DNA from: Candidatus Hecatella orcuttiae
Lineage (GTDB): Archaea > Thermoproteota > Bathyarchaeia > Hecatellales > Hecatellaceae
Assembly (NCBI GenBank): GCA_002011035.2
Contig: MTLY02000003.1
Location: 576,001-640,000 of the forward strand
Reading direction: 5' to 3'
DNA length: 64,000 nt
Each line of letters starts with the position of its first letter. Positions within the stretch are counted from its first letter, which is position 1. A program made the translations under genes and the position numbers. Below are positions 18,463 to 28,252 of this stretch, in pieces. The notes beneath the pieces are model-generated. The model was not told the origin of the DNA and did not search any database. It saw only the letters and a program-made list of their open reading frames with translations.

Positions 18463-19782
18463 ATGAGTCGCGTAGCCATTTCGAAACTCGTTTCACCTGT
18501 CGATGAAAGCAAAATATTTGATGCCGTCAAGTCAGTACTCGACAAGCTTGGAGGCATAGAGAAGTTCGTCAGTCCAGGGGAAATGGTTTTAATAAAACCG
18601 AATTTTGTAAGTCCCAGACCACCACCGGTCACAACTGACATCCGCGTTATTAAAGCATTGGCCCTTCAGATAAAAGAAACTGGAGCTAAGCCCATAATCG
18701 GCGAGGGATCCTCAGCTATGACTCATTGGTGGCGCGAAGGAATGACTACAGAGGATGTCATGGACCTCTTGGGCGTTTCAGACATGGCCAAAGAGATAGG
18801 GGTTGAACTCATACCTTTCGATAGAAAAGGTGTATTCAAAAGCCGAATGACGCTGATACCCGACGCTGTTTTGATGAAAAAGGCGGAGATAGCTGAATTG
18901 GCGTTGGAAGCTGATAAAATAATACCTTTGCCGGTTTTAAAAACAAGCATGGAAGGCGGGGGTATAACCTGTTGCATAAAAGTTTTGCATGCACTTACCA
19001 ATGCTCAGAGTGACAGGCTGCGTTGGCATCGTTCAGACCTATGGCAAAAGCTGATTGATCTCTTCAGACTTGTAAAGCCGAAAATACCTTTCTGCTTGGT
19101 CGACGGCCTTGTAGGCATGGAGGGCGATGGGCCGATCCACGGTACGCCCGTGAACATGAATTTGATTCTGGCAGGCGATGACCCTGTATCCACAGATGCC
19201 ATAGCTGCTAAGATTATAGGTTTTGAATATCCCCATCGAGAGATAGGACCGATAGCGTTGGCGCATTCTCAAGGATTAGGAATGGGGGATCCTTCTCAAA
19301 TCGAGGTGATGGGAGAGAAAGTCGATGAGGTTAAAAAGAGGTTTCTGATGGCTTCATGCGAAATAATCACTCCCCCCTTTGAAAACGTTCTAGTCTACGA
19401 AGGTGCAACTTGCAGGGGGTGTAAAGCTTGGATAAAATTCTTGTTATACATGTTGAGAGACACAGGGATCTTCGAAGACTTGAAGAGGCTGGATAAAAAA
19501 CTCTTCTTCTTTACAGGGCTTGAACCGCCCTTCCCAACAGATTTGGAGGAACTTCGAGAACTTTCTAAAAAAGGAGTGATACTGGTGTACGGTGACTGTT
19601 CAACGAATACCACAAAACATTCTTACTGGGTTCTGAAGCAAGGAGAATTGAAAGGGAAAATTATCCTCATACCGGGTTGCCCGCCTTTTGATAGCGCCCA
19701 GCAAGCAACACAAATCAGGGACGCATTAGGTCTGGAAACCACGGAAAAGGAAGAGGAAGCCTTCAAATACGTTCCAACATGA
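18463..19782 (+). CDS. DUF362 protein with C-terminal Fe-S-binding domain
   Basis: VLIKPN, TT, IGEG, PVLKT, DGLVGMEGDGP, DPVSTD; C-terminal CRGC...GDC...GCPP. Confidence 0.85.
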   Translation: MSRVAISKLVSPVDESKIFDAVKSVLDKLGGIEKFVSPGEMVLIKPNFVSPRPPPVTTDIRVIKALALQIKETGAKPIIGEGSSAMTHWWREGMTTEDVMDLLGVSDMAKEIGVELIPFDRKGVFKSRMTLIPDAVLMKKAEIAELALEADKIIPLPVLKTSMEGGGITCCIKVLHALTNAQSDRLRWHRSDLWQKLIDLFRLVKPKIPFCLVDGLVGMEGDGPIHGTPVNMNLILAGDDPVSTDAIAAKIIGFEYPHREIGPIALAHSQGLGMGDPSQIEVMGEKVDEVKKRFLMASCEIITPPFENVLVYEGATCRGCKAWIKFLLYMLRDTGIFEDLKRLDKKLFFFTGLEPPFPTDLEELRELSKKGVILVYGDCSTNTTKHSYWVLKQGELKGKIILIPGCPPFDSAQQATQIRDALGLETTEKEEEAFKYVPT

Positions 19783-19863
19783 AGTTTCCAAAATACGTCG
19801 AAAACAAAATCTTTATTAAAATTTAGAAAAATTCTCATTGGTGGGAAAAAGGGATTCGCATCG

Positions 19864-19980
19864 ATGGCTAACAGCACCATGAGATGCGCCGGATGCGGCA
19901 GAGAAATAGCTAAGGGGCAGGAGTTTATCATACGCGGTAAAGCATACTGTTTAAACTGCCGATTTCCCATCGGAGGGTAA
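19864..19980 (+). CDS. 38-aa zinc-finger microprotein (not in the ORF track)
   Basis: MANSTMRCAGCGREIAKGQEFIIRGKAYCLNCRFPIGG*: two CxxC pairs; TATA-like TTTATTAAA at ~19812-19820 preceded by an A-rich BRE-like stretch. Confidence 0.65.
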   Translation: MANSTMRCAGCGREIAKGQEFIIRGKAYCLNCRFPIGG

Positions 19981-20188
19981 ACCTCTGTATCGTCTTTACT
20001 TTTATACTAAGCTCACCATTAATTTTCTCTTTTAAGCTGAATATTACCTAACGATCTTGCGGCCATCCACCTTATTTGTGGATAACCGGGGAAGTTAACG
20101 TCGGAGTGGAATGGGGGATCCGAGGCCAGCTTGAAGACTTGTTTACGAACCGTAAAACTTAAATTCCCTGTGTAGTGATCGCATCCCT

Positions 20189-21058
20189 ATGAGGAAGTTT
20201 TTTAGACCTAGAGAGTATTTTAAACCCGAAACCCTCGAGGAGGCTTTGAATTTACTTGCTAAATATGGGGAATCGGCGAGACCTATTGCAGGCGGCACCG
20301 ATCTGCTGGTTAAGAAGCCGCCTGAAGTTGAGTATTTAATAGACATCGCTTCCTTGCCCTTGGATTACATCAAAAACGATGGGGAATACCTGAAGATCGG
20401 CTCTTTGTCCACCTTCCACAGCATAGAGACTTCCAGTCTGTTTAAGGAAGGCGCGTATCGGATATTGGCGGAATCGGCTCATGATTTTGGCCAAGCCACC
20501 GTTAAGAATATGGCGACCATCGGGGGTAACGTGTGCAGCGCTGTTCCTTCCGCGGATTTTCCCCCGGTTTTGATGGTCTTAGACGCTAAAGCTAAGATAG
20601 TCAGTCTGGCTGGGGAGAGGATTGTTTCCATGGAAGAATTTTTTGCGGGCGTAAGGAAAACCGTTCTGAGGAGCGACGAGTTGCTTGTAGAGTTTCAGAT
20701 ACCTAAACCTCCGCCCCATACAGGAGCGGCATTCTACAAGCTGGGAAGGACCAGCGTGGACATCGCCCTTGTGAACGCGGCCGCACGAATAACCTTAAGG
20801 TCGGACGGTGTCTGCGAAGATGCGAGGATAGCTCTAGGCGCAGTCGCTCCTACCCCTATCAGAGCCAAGGGGGCAGAAAAATTACTTCGGAAAAAGGAGA
20901 TAGACGAGGCTCTTGTGGAAGAAGCAAGTCAAACAGCGTCCGAAGAGACGAAGCCTATAAGTGATGTTCGTTCCTCAGCCGAGTATAGAAAGGAGATGAG
21001 TAAGGTTTTGGTAAAGAGGGTATTACAAAAATCCCTGAAAAGGGCGAAGGGAGAGTGA
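20189..21058 (+). CDS. Xanthine dehydrogenase-family FAD subunit (CoxM-like)
   Basis: AGGTDL, ATIGGN, PSAD, GAVAPTP, ISDVRSSAEYR. Confidence 0.93.
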   Translation: MRKFFRPREYFKPETLEEALNLLAKYGESARPIAGGTDLLVKKPPEVEYLIDIASLPLDYIKNDGEYLKIGSLSTFHSIETSSLFKEGAYRILAESAHDFGQATVKNMATIGGNVCSAVPSADFPPVLMVLDAKAKIVSLAGERIVSMEEFFAGVRKTVLRSDELLVEFQIPKPPPHTGAAFYKLGRTSVDIALVNAAARITLRSDGVCEDARIALGAVAPTPIRAKGAEKLLRKKEIDEALVEEASQTASEETKPISDVRSSAEYRKEMSKVLVKRVLQKSLKRAKGE

Positions 21059-21065
21059 AGAAAGA

Positions 21066-21551
21066 TTGGGGGATTCTTTGATCAAATTAAATGTGAACGG
21101 GGAAATCCACGAGGTGAGGGTAAAGCCGTATTGGACGCTGCTCCGCGTTCTCAGAAACGAGCTGGGTCTAACTGGGGCAAAGCTGGGCTGTGGCAGAGGG
21201 GAATGTGGCGCTTGCACTGTCCTCATGGATGGGAAGCCGATTCTTTCCTGTTTGACACTGGCGGCTAGGGCTGAAGGTAAGAAAATAGTCACCATCGAAG
21301 GATTGGCGGAAGGACTCAAACTACATCCTTTACAGGAGGCTTTTATTAAAAACGGCGCAATCCAATGTGGTTTTTGCACATCTGGAATGATACTTTCCGC
21401 CAAAGCCTTGTTAGACCGGAATCTCAACCCAACCGAAGAAGAGGTAAGAGAAGCCCTTTCAGGTAACCTCTGCAGGTGTACCGGCTATGTTAAGCCGGTT
21501 AAAGCAGTACTGGAAGCCGCTGAAATAATGAGGAAAGGTGGAAGTAGGTGA
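21066..21551 (+). CDS. Xanthine dehydrogenase-family 2x[2Fe-2S] subunit (CoxS-like)
   Basis: GCGRGECGAC...C, QCGFC, NLCRCTGY. Confidence 0.95.
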   Translation: MGDSLIKLNVNGEIHEVRVKPYWTLLRVLRNELGLTGAKLGCGRGECGACTVLMDGKPILSCLTLAARAEGKKIVTIEGLAEGLKLHPLQEAFIKNGAIQCGFCTSGMILSAKALLDRNLNPTEEEVREALSGNLCRCTGYVKPVKAVLEAAEIMRKGGSR

Positions 21552-23824
21552 GCGAGAAAGAGCTGTCAGTAGTCGGAAAACCTCTCCCAAAGATAGATGC
21601 CTATGAGAAAGCTGTTGGAAAAGCGAGATATACAGTAGACCTAAACCTACCAGGAATGCTTCACGCTAAAATCCTGAGAAGTCCCTACGCTCATGCGAGG
21701 ATCTTAAAAATAGACACAAGTAAAGCTGAGAGACTGCCGGGCGTGAAAGCCGTTCTTTCTCACAAGGAGGCTCGCATAATTTTGGGGGATGAAGCTGTCT
21801 TAGACGATAAAGTACGGTATGTGGGTGATAAGGTAGCCGCTGTAGCGGCCACAAGCGAGGAGGCAGCGGAAGAGGCATTGGAGTTGATAGAGGTGAAATA
21901 TGAAGTTTTACCAGCGGTCTTCGACCCTGAGGAAGCTATGAAGCCGGAGGCGCCCATAATTCACCCAGATGTGCCTTTGGTAAAGGGCAAAGGCAACCTG
22001 AGGGATCCTGTATTTGACTATGGTGTAGGTGACGTGGAAAAAGGGTTCAAAGAGGCTGATTACGTATTTGAGAACAGGTACACGACTCAGCGGCAAGCTC
22101 ACTGTTGCCTTGAACCAGACGTGGGTATAGCCAGCTGGGATCCCAGCGGAAAGTTAACATACTGGACATCGGTGCAAGGCGCGTTCATTGTGCGCGGCAT
22201 CCTAGCCAGAGGTCTAAACATGCCTGAGAACATGATCAGAGTTATTGTGCCTCCTGTCGGTGGAGGTTTTGGAGCTAAATACGGCCGTTTGGAGGATGTT
22301 CTTTGCGCTTTGCTAGCTAAGAAGACTGGCAGACCCGTGAAGCTGGAGTGCAGCAGAGAAGAAGAATTCGTCACCACCCGAGTACGTTCCTACAGTGTCT
22401 TCTGGACTAAAACAGGCGTAAAAAAAGACGGCACTTTCACCGCGAGATATGTGAGAGCCATCATAGACATGGGAGCTTACGCCTACGGCATCTACATGGC
22501 GCAGAGAGCCGGAGCTTGGCTGATAACTCCCTACAGCTGTCCTAACTGCAGATATGAAGGCTACGCTGTCTACACCAACACGCCCAGCTCTGGGGCGTTT
22601 CGAGGATTTAGCAGTGTGCCTATTCACTTCGCTTTGGAATCGGAAATAAACAGAATCGCTGAAGAGCTGGGGATAGATCCTCTTGAATTTCGGATGAAAA
22701 ACCGTAGAAAAACAGGCGAGATAAACCCTTATAACAACGTCCCAATTGACGCAAAAGGTTTTGATGAATGTATGGTGAAGGGAGCTGAGCGCATAGGGTG
22801 GCGGAGAAAACGTGGGAGAAGGGAGAAGGTTGAAGGCGTAAAGAGGAGAGGCGTGGGGATGGCCATCTCGGTTCATTTCGCCCCTGCTCTCCACCCTGAT
22901 ATGCTAGTTCCCGGGGTCGCTGAGATAAACGTTAACGCTGATGGTACAATTCACTTGTTGATAGGAGTAACGGATATAGGTCAAGGAATAAACACAACCT
23001 GCGCTCAAATTGCAGCTGAAGAGCTGGGAGTCCGCTTAGAAGATGTAACTGTCTCAAACATAGACACAGATGTCAATCCTTGGGGCTGGCTGGTGGCTGC
23101 TAGCTCCACTCTGATGCAGACAGGAGGAGCGGTGAGGGCTGCTGCTGCGAAGGTCAAAAAACAATTGTTCGAGCATGCCGCTAAAATGTTGGAAGTACCC
23201 CCTGAAGAGCTTGAGGCCAAGGATCGGAGAATCTATGTCAAAAAGGAGTCTGAAAGGGGGATAGAAATCTCAGATGTGATCAGGCAGGCGGGTGCTCCCT
23301 CCATTTCTCCCTATTTCGTCGACGCCAAGGCAGCTTATACTTTTGGCGCAAAGGCCACCTATACCGTGCCTATGTACATTCCTCCTTGGGGCGCCCAGTT
23401 TGCCGAAATAGAGGTGGACACTGAAACCGGCCAAGTGAAGGTATTGAGGTTGGTGGCTGCTCATGACGTTGGCAAGGCAATAAACGTCAGCATCGTAGAA
23501 GGGCAGATCGAAGGCTCTCTGCAAAACAGCATAGGTTATGCCCTGACCGAAGAACTTATGCTGGATAAAACTACAGGACAGGTGTTAAATCCTGACTTCT
23601 TAGATTACAAGATCCTTCATACTACTGATATGCCTAAAATCGATGTAATCCTTGTTGAAACAAACAGTCCCGCCGGGGTCTTTGGAGCTAAGGGAGTCGG
23701 TGAGATGGGCCATATTCCCACAGCCGCTGCTATCGCCGACGCTGTATACGATGCAGTGGGCGTGCGGATCAAGGAGCTTCCGCTAACCCCTGAAAAAATC
23801 CTTAAGGCATTGAGAGAAAGATAG
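21548..23824 (+). CDS. Xanthine dehydrogenase-family molybdopterin subunit (CoxL-like, not aerobic CODH)
   Basis: RSPYAHA, GGGFGAK, FRGF, GQG, GQIEG, KGVGE; lacks the CODH loop VAYRCSFR. Confidence 0.93.
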   Translation: MSEKELSVVGKPLPKIDAYEKAVGKARYTVDLNLPGMLHAKILRSPYAHARILKIDTSKAERLPGVKAVLSHKEARIILGDEAVLDDKVRYVGDKVAAVAATSEEAAEEALELIEVKYEVLPAVFDPEEAMKPEAPIIHPDVPLVKGKGNLRDPVFDYGVGDVEKGFKEADYVFENRYTTQRQAHCCLEPDVGIASWDPSGKLTYWTSVQGAFIVRGILARGLNMPENMIRVIVPPVGGGFGAKYGRLEDVLCALLAKKTGRPVKLECSREEEFVTTRVRSYSVFWTKTGVKKDGTFTARYVRAIIDMGAYAYGIYMAQRAGAWLITPYSCPNCRYEGYAVYTNTPSSGAFRGFSSVPIHFALESEINRIAEELGIDPLEFRMKNRRKTGEINPYNNVPIDAKGFDECMVKGAERIGWRRKRGRREKVEGVKRRGVGMAISVHFAPALHPDMLVPGVAEINVNADGTIHLLIGVTDIGQGINTTCAQIAAEELGVRLEDVTVSNIDTDVNPWGWLVAASSTLMQTGGAVRAAAAKVKKQLFEHAAKMLEVPPEELEAKDRRIYVKKESERGIEISDVIRQAGAPSISPYFVDAKAAYTFGAKATYTVPMYIPPWGAQFAEIEVDTETGQVKVLRLVAAHDVGKAINVSIVEGQIEGSLQNSIGYALTEELMLDKTTGQVLNPDFLDYKILHTTDMPKIDVILVETNSPAGVFGAKGVGEMGHIPTAAAIADAVYDAVGVRIKELPLTPEKILKALRER

Positions 23825-23944
23825 ATCTGCCAACGTTTATCATCTATCATCTTTAGCAGCGAAGTTTCCCTCGCAGAGTTCAGCAAGAAGCTGATATACA
23901 GCGGTTATGATCGAATTTGCCGCGCCTTCCCTTTTCAAGAGCTG

Positions 23945-24754
23945 TTAACGAGTTCTTTTTTCGAGAAGCCCTATGAAGACGCTTAAACCGATGGTTTTGC
24001 TTATGATGAAAATCAGGATAGTGTAGATGAGAATCAAAAAGATCGAAGCAGCTGCGAAGGTTGGGTCAACTTGCTCTCTCATGAAGGTTAAAAGCACCAC
24101 TGGCAGAATTAACGCATCGCTACGGGAGAGAAACACTGAAGCGGTTACCTCGTCTAGAGAGATCACAAAGGCAAAGACTGAAGCTGCTATGATGCCGGGC
24201 TTTATCATGGGGAGAGTAATTCTTCTGAACGCCCGTAGACCGCTCGAACCTAGGACTTTTGCCGATTCCTCTAAGGTTATGTCAAACCCGCTTAGAGTGG
24301 CTGCGATTGCGCGGATAGAAAAGGGTATTGTCAAAATCACGTGAGCTATGGTTAGGTTGAAGAAGCTTATGTAGATTCCCAGGATTCCTCTGAGAAGAAA
24401 AAGTAACGCCGACCCTGTGACAACAGCGGGAACTATTAATGGCATAAAGAATAACATATTCAAAAAATCTTTCCCTCTGAAATTATAACGAACCATACCG
24501 TAGGAGGTTAAAAGCCCTGTTACCACGGATATCGAAACTACCACAGCAGCCAAAATAAGGCTGACTCTGAAGGCGTTGATGAAAACCTCTTCCTGGATAA
24601 ATTTATTGACCCATTTCAGGGAAAAGCCTGGAGGAGGAAATGTGGGCGTGGTCTCCGGGCTGAAAACGATTCCCACCGTCAAAGGCAGAGGAATGAGAAG
24701 GAAGACGACGCTGAATGCTAATACGATTTTAACTAAAATTTTGTGAAGTTCCAT
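23945..24754 (-). CDS. ABC transporter permease (PotC-like)
   Basis: Hydrophobic; EESAKVLG EAA motif, SLDE. Confidence 0.9.
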   Translation of the reverse strand: MELHKILVKIVLAFSVVFLLIPLPLTVGIVFSPETTPTFPPPGFSLKWVNKFIQEEVFINAFRVSLILAAVVVSISVVTGLLTSYGMVRYNFRGKDFLNMLFFMPLIVPAVVTGSALLFLLRGILGIYISFFNLTIAHVILTIPFSIRAIAATLSGFDITLEESAKVLGSSGLRAFRRITLPMIKPGIIAASVFAFVISLDEVTASVFLSRSDALILPVVLLTFMREQVDPTFAAASIFLILIYTILIFIISKTIGLSVFIGLLEKRTR

Positions 24755-24763
24755 CTTTTCTTC

Positions 24764-25669
24764 TCACCTGCCGCCTACGGTCAATCTCGCTGGCATTTTT
24801 TTGCTTGTGAAATAGTTAACTCCGTACCATATTGCCAGAGTATAGGTGAGAAGAACGAAAGCCATGGCAGCGCCCAGTGGATAATTAAGAGTGAACATGA
24901 ATCTCTCGTATATGAAATTGGCTATGAGTGTCACTACCCCGCCGCCTACTATCATGGGAGTGACAAAAGAAGCCACGTTCCACGCGAAAAGAGCTGAGAA
25001 CACTCCGATGACTCCTGGAAGACTGAGAGGCAGAGTGACCCTGATAAAAGTTCTCACAGGGTCTGATCCCAAGGTTTTTGCAGCGTCTTCTAGCGTGGGG
25101 TCGATGTTTTGAAGGGGTCCTATCAGGAAAAGAACAGCGAATACAGCACCCCATTGGCCTAAAGCTATAGTCACAGCGGCTTCATTGTACAGCAGTATGA
25201 CTCTCGACATTCCTAAAAGGCTGAAAAGGTTGTTGATGGTTCCATAATATCCGAGGAGGACTATCCAAGAATAAAGGCGAATGAGGAACGATATAAGAAA
25301 TGAAATGGTCACCGCTACGATGACGAAGCTTCTAGTTTTGGAAGGTTTTGCTCTGACGATCCAAAAGCTTAAGGGATACCCTAAACCTAGGGCGATGAGT
25401 GTCGCTAGGAGAGCTACTCTCAACGTAACTATCATGACCCTTTGGTAAGCGGGTTCAGTGAATATCAGTATATAATTTTCTAGAGTAAACGCTTTCTCTA
25501 TTTGTAAACCTACTAAATGCCTATAAAAACTGAGTTCTCCCATCATAGCTAAGGATACTATGAAAAAACCCATTATAATAAATACGGGGAAGAAAACCAT
25601 GAATTTTAGTTTTTGAAAACTGAATATCGCCTTCAACCTTCCAGTATTAGAGAATCTTCGCATTGCCAT
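24764..25669 (-). CDS. ABC transporter permease (PotB-like)
   Basis: TLENY, LGYP, RLYSW, EDAAKTLG, TPMIVGG; exact start uncertain. Confidence 0.9.
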   Translation of the reverse strand: MAMRRFSNTGRLKAIFSFQKLKFMVFFPVFIIMGFFIVSLAMMGELSFYRHLVGLQIEKAFTLENYILIFTEPAYQRVMIVTLRVALLATLIALGLGYPLSFWIVRAKPSKTRSFVIVAVTISFLISFLIRLYSWIVLLGYYGTINNLFSLLGMSRVILLYNEAAVTIALGQWGAVFAVLFLIGPLQNIDPTLEDAAKTLGSDPVRTFIRVTLPLSLPGVIGVFSALFAWNVASFVTPMIVGGGVVTLIANFIYERFMFTLNYPLGAAMAFVLLTYTLAIWYGVNYFTSKKMPARLTVGGR

Positions 25670-26703
25670 TCAACGACCACCGTTTCACCTGGAGGAAAGA
25701 ACTCTTCTTCAATGCTGACCGCTGAAATCGGAGTGTCCTTCACATCTATACAATAGGTTTTGAACATTCCCTTGAAAGATGCGCTCTGAACACTGCCTAT
25801 GAAACTGTTCTTTTCTTTGACTTCCCCTTTACACCTGATCTTAATTCTTTCCGGCCTTACAACCACTGTGACCTTATCGTTTTCTTTAAGCTTTGAACCT
25901 GAATTTAACATGGAATGTAGAATGAGACCTTTCTCCGTTCGGACGCACACGTAGGGCGCTTGTATTTTTGTCACTCTCCCTTCAAAAAGATTCGCCTCAC
26001 CGATGAAATCAGCTACAAAGCTGGATTTCGGCAACTTATAAATCTCATGCGGATTTCCAACCTGCACTATCTTGCCTTTTCTCATCACTGCGATGACGTC
26101 GGACATGGTAAGGGCTTCCCCTTGGTCGTGGGTGACATAAACAGCGGTTACGCCTATCTGGTTGATGATCCTTTTTATCTCCAACTGCATGGCTAAACGC
26201 AGCTTCAGATCGAGGTTGCTGAGGGGTTCATCAAGTAGTATTATTTTAGGTTCAACAACCAAAGCTCTTGCCAACGCTACCCGCTGCTGTTCTCCCCCGC
26301 TCAGTTGGTAGGGGTACCTCTGTTCATAGCCGGGAAGCTTTACTATTTCTAAAATTCGTGCAACTTTGTCTCTAATTTTGTCTTTGCTCAGCTTTCGTTC
26401 CTCTAATCCGTAAGCTATGTTCTTGAAGACGGTCATATGGGGGAAAAGCGCGTAATTCTGAAATACCATGCTGAGGTTTCTTTTGTAGGGAGGAAGGTTG
26501 TCGACCCGGCGGCCGTCCATGTAAATACTGCCACTATCCTGCTTGGTTAAGCCAGCTATTATCCTAAGCAACGTCGTCTTTCCACAGCCGCTAGGCCCCA
26601 AGAGGGTGAGAAACTGTTTTTCTTTCAAGCTGACGGAAACGTCGTCGAGCACTTTAACTCCATCATAATATTTGACGATACCTTGGACACGCATTGCCTC
26701 CAA
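25633..26703 (-). CDS. ABC transporter ATPase (PotA-like, TOBE domain)
   Basis: GPSGCGKTT, LSGGEQQR, LLDEP, VTHDQ, FVADFIG. Confidence 0.95.
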   Translation of the reverse strand: MEAMRVQGIVKYYDGVKVLDDVSVSLKEKQFLTLLGPSGCGKTTLLRIIAGLTKQDSGSIYMDGRRVDNLPPYKRNLSMVFQNYALFPHMTVFKNIAYGLEERKLSKDKIRDKVARILEIVKLPGYEQRYPYQLSGGEQQRVALARALVVEPKIILLDEPLSNLDLKLRLAMQLEIKRIINQIGVTAVYVTHDQGEALTMSDVIAVMRKGKIVQVGNPHEIYKLPKSSFVADFIGEANLFEGRVTKIQAPYVCVRTEKGLILHSMLNSGSKLKENDKVTVVVRPERIKIRCKGEVKEKNSFIGSVQSASFKGMFKTYCIDVKDTPISAVSIEEEFFPPGETVVVEWQCEDSLILEG

Positions 26704-26938
26704 TTTCTGCTCTCCTTTTTATAAATTCTTGAAAGCAAATTAAAAAGCTTACTGCTATTTGACGGTGTGAAATGATCAAATTTGACACAAATACATCTAC
26801 CTAAACGAATTACGATGAATTTTGTATGCTTTTTCTTAACGAAAATTCAAAAACCGGCTGCTCTTTTTCATTTAAAGCTTCTTTACGGAAAACCATTAAA
26901 AACTACAGAATGGAAAAAATGGGCAGGAATAAATATCA

Positions 26939-26952
26939 TAAAAAAAGGGGGA
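26939..26952 (-). terminator. Oligo-T terminator candidate after the binding-protein gene
   Basis: The minus strand reads CTCCCCCTTTTTTTA immediately after the stop codon. Confidence 0.4.
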
Positions 26953-26957
26953 GAGAT

Positions 26958-28100
26958 TTAACCTTTCACTCCTAGAAGTGGACGGATTTCTTCGTCAAAC
27001 CGTGCAGTCCACTCTTCCATTTTCTCCCGCGCCACCAGCGGATCGTATGCATACGCGTATTTTTCAATCTCTTCCTTGGTCAAGGCGTAGGGATACGCAG
27101 CGGCCTCTGCATTTATGTTTGTTGGGAACTGGCCTAGTCGTGCAGCTGATTCTTCGTTTATCTCTCGGTCCAAAGCTAGGTTCACGTATTTGAAGGCCCA
27201 TTCTTTTCTGGGACTGTTTGTCACGTGCAGAGTCCATTCTCCTAAGTGAACTGGATGCTTCTCGGAGGCGGCGGCGAATGCCACGGCAACCCCTCTCTCC
27301 AGTAATGGTAGGAGGCTGTCGTTTGTTGAACCTAGGTGCACGTTGATTTCTCCCCTTTCGATAGAACTGATGATGTCCCCTACTGTTGGGGTGATGAGCG
27401 TGATGTTCGGCGCTATCTTTTTCAGCAATTCCCATCCGGGCTCTGGATTATATTCGTCTCCACCCATAGCATAAGCCAGCCGCAGCAAGGTTACTCCGCC
27501 ATAATAGCCAATGGGAACTATTCCTATCCTGTATTGAGGGTCAGCAAGGTCTTCCATGGACACCGGCTCGTCAACTAGATCGGTACGATATAGTGTTCGT
27601 ACGTGAGACATGAAATTGGCTACACCGTAGATTTTACCATTGTATACCGTCATGTATTCGTCGGGGATTTCTTCCAAATTCGGCATTTCCTCCACCGGGA
27701 AGGGGGCTATGATGTTGTCTATAGCGGCTTCCAAACCTGCGACATGGGTAGCACCCCAGACATCGTTGAAATAGTTAGGTAGGTCAGCTCTGATCTTGGC
27801 CAGCCCCTCTGTGGAATAAGCCTCTACCTCATACCTTACAGGAATACCGAATTCTGCTTCGAACATTTCGTTAATATATTCAAACGCTGCCCTGGATTTG
27901 GGGTCTCCCCAAGCTAAGAGTGTTATAAAGTCCGGCTTCGGTACTGGCGTAGGCGTGGGTGTAGGCGTCGGTGTTGGAGCCGGGGCTGGGGGCCTTGTGG
28001 CCTGCCAGGCGGCGTAGCCGCCCACACCAGCCACCACCACAGCCACAACCGCAGCAACACCGTATTTTAGGGCGCTTCTACGAGATTCGGAAGATGTCAA
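26958..28100 (-). CDS. ABC substrate-binding protein (PotD/spermidine-opine-like) with Tat-like signal and Pro-Thr linker
   Basis: SRRSALK followed by a hydrophobic helix, then PAPAPTPTPTPTPTPVP, LYRTD, EDLADP, AFKYVN. Confidence 0.85.
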   Translation of the reverse strand: MTSSESRRSALKYGVAAVVAVVVAGVGGYAAWQATRPPAPAPTPTPTPTPTPVPKPDFITLLAWGDPKSRAAFEYINEMFEAEFGIPVRYEVEAYSTEGLAKIRADLPNYFNDVWGATHVAGLEAAIDNIIAPFPVEEMPNLEEIPDEYMTVYNGKIYGVANFMSHVRTLYRTDLVDEPVSMEDLADPQYRIGIVPIGYYGGVTLLRLAYAMGGDEYNPEPGWELLKKIAPNITLITPTVGDIISSIERGEINVHLGSTNDSLLPLLERGVAVAFAAASEKHPVHLGEWTLHVTNSPRKEWAFKYVNLALDREINEESAARLGQFPTNINAEAAAYPYALTKEEIEKYAYAYDPLVAREKMEEWTARFDEEIRPLLGVKG

Positions 28101-28252
28101 GAACTTTCACCGGTTTAGTCTATTACCAGATATCTTATATATAAAAGTTTCGAGAAAAAATAGATGGAAATATTAATCAGCATCCCCATTAGAAAATCTT
28201 ATATAGATAATGAAATGAAAATTATATCCCCTCATAATTTGGGGGATTTCCT
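28101..28252. promoter_or_regulatory. Divergent promoter region shared by the ABC operon and the methyltransferase operon
   Basis: Very AT-rich; two ATCTTATATA boxes; inverted repeat ATCCCC...GGGGAT just upstream of the corrinoid gene. Confidence 0.5.

Noticed and set aside
21548-23824. Aerobic-type CO dehydrogenase replacing the missing CdhA
   Set aside because: It lacks the VAYRCSFR Cu-binding loop.
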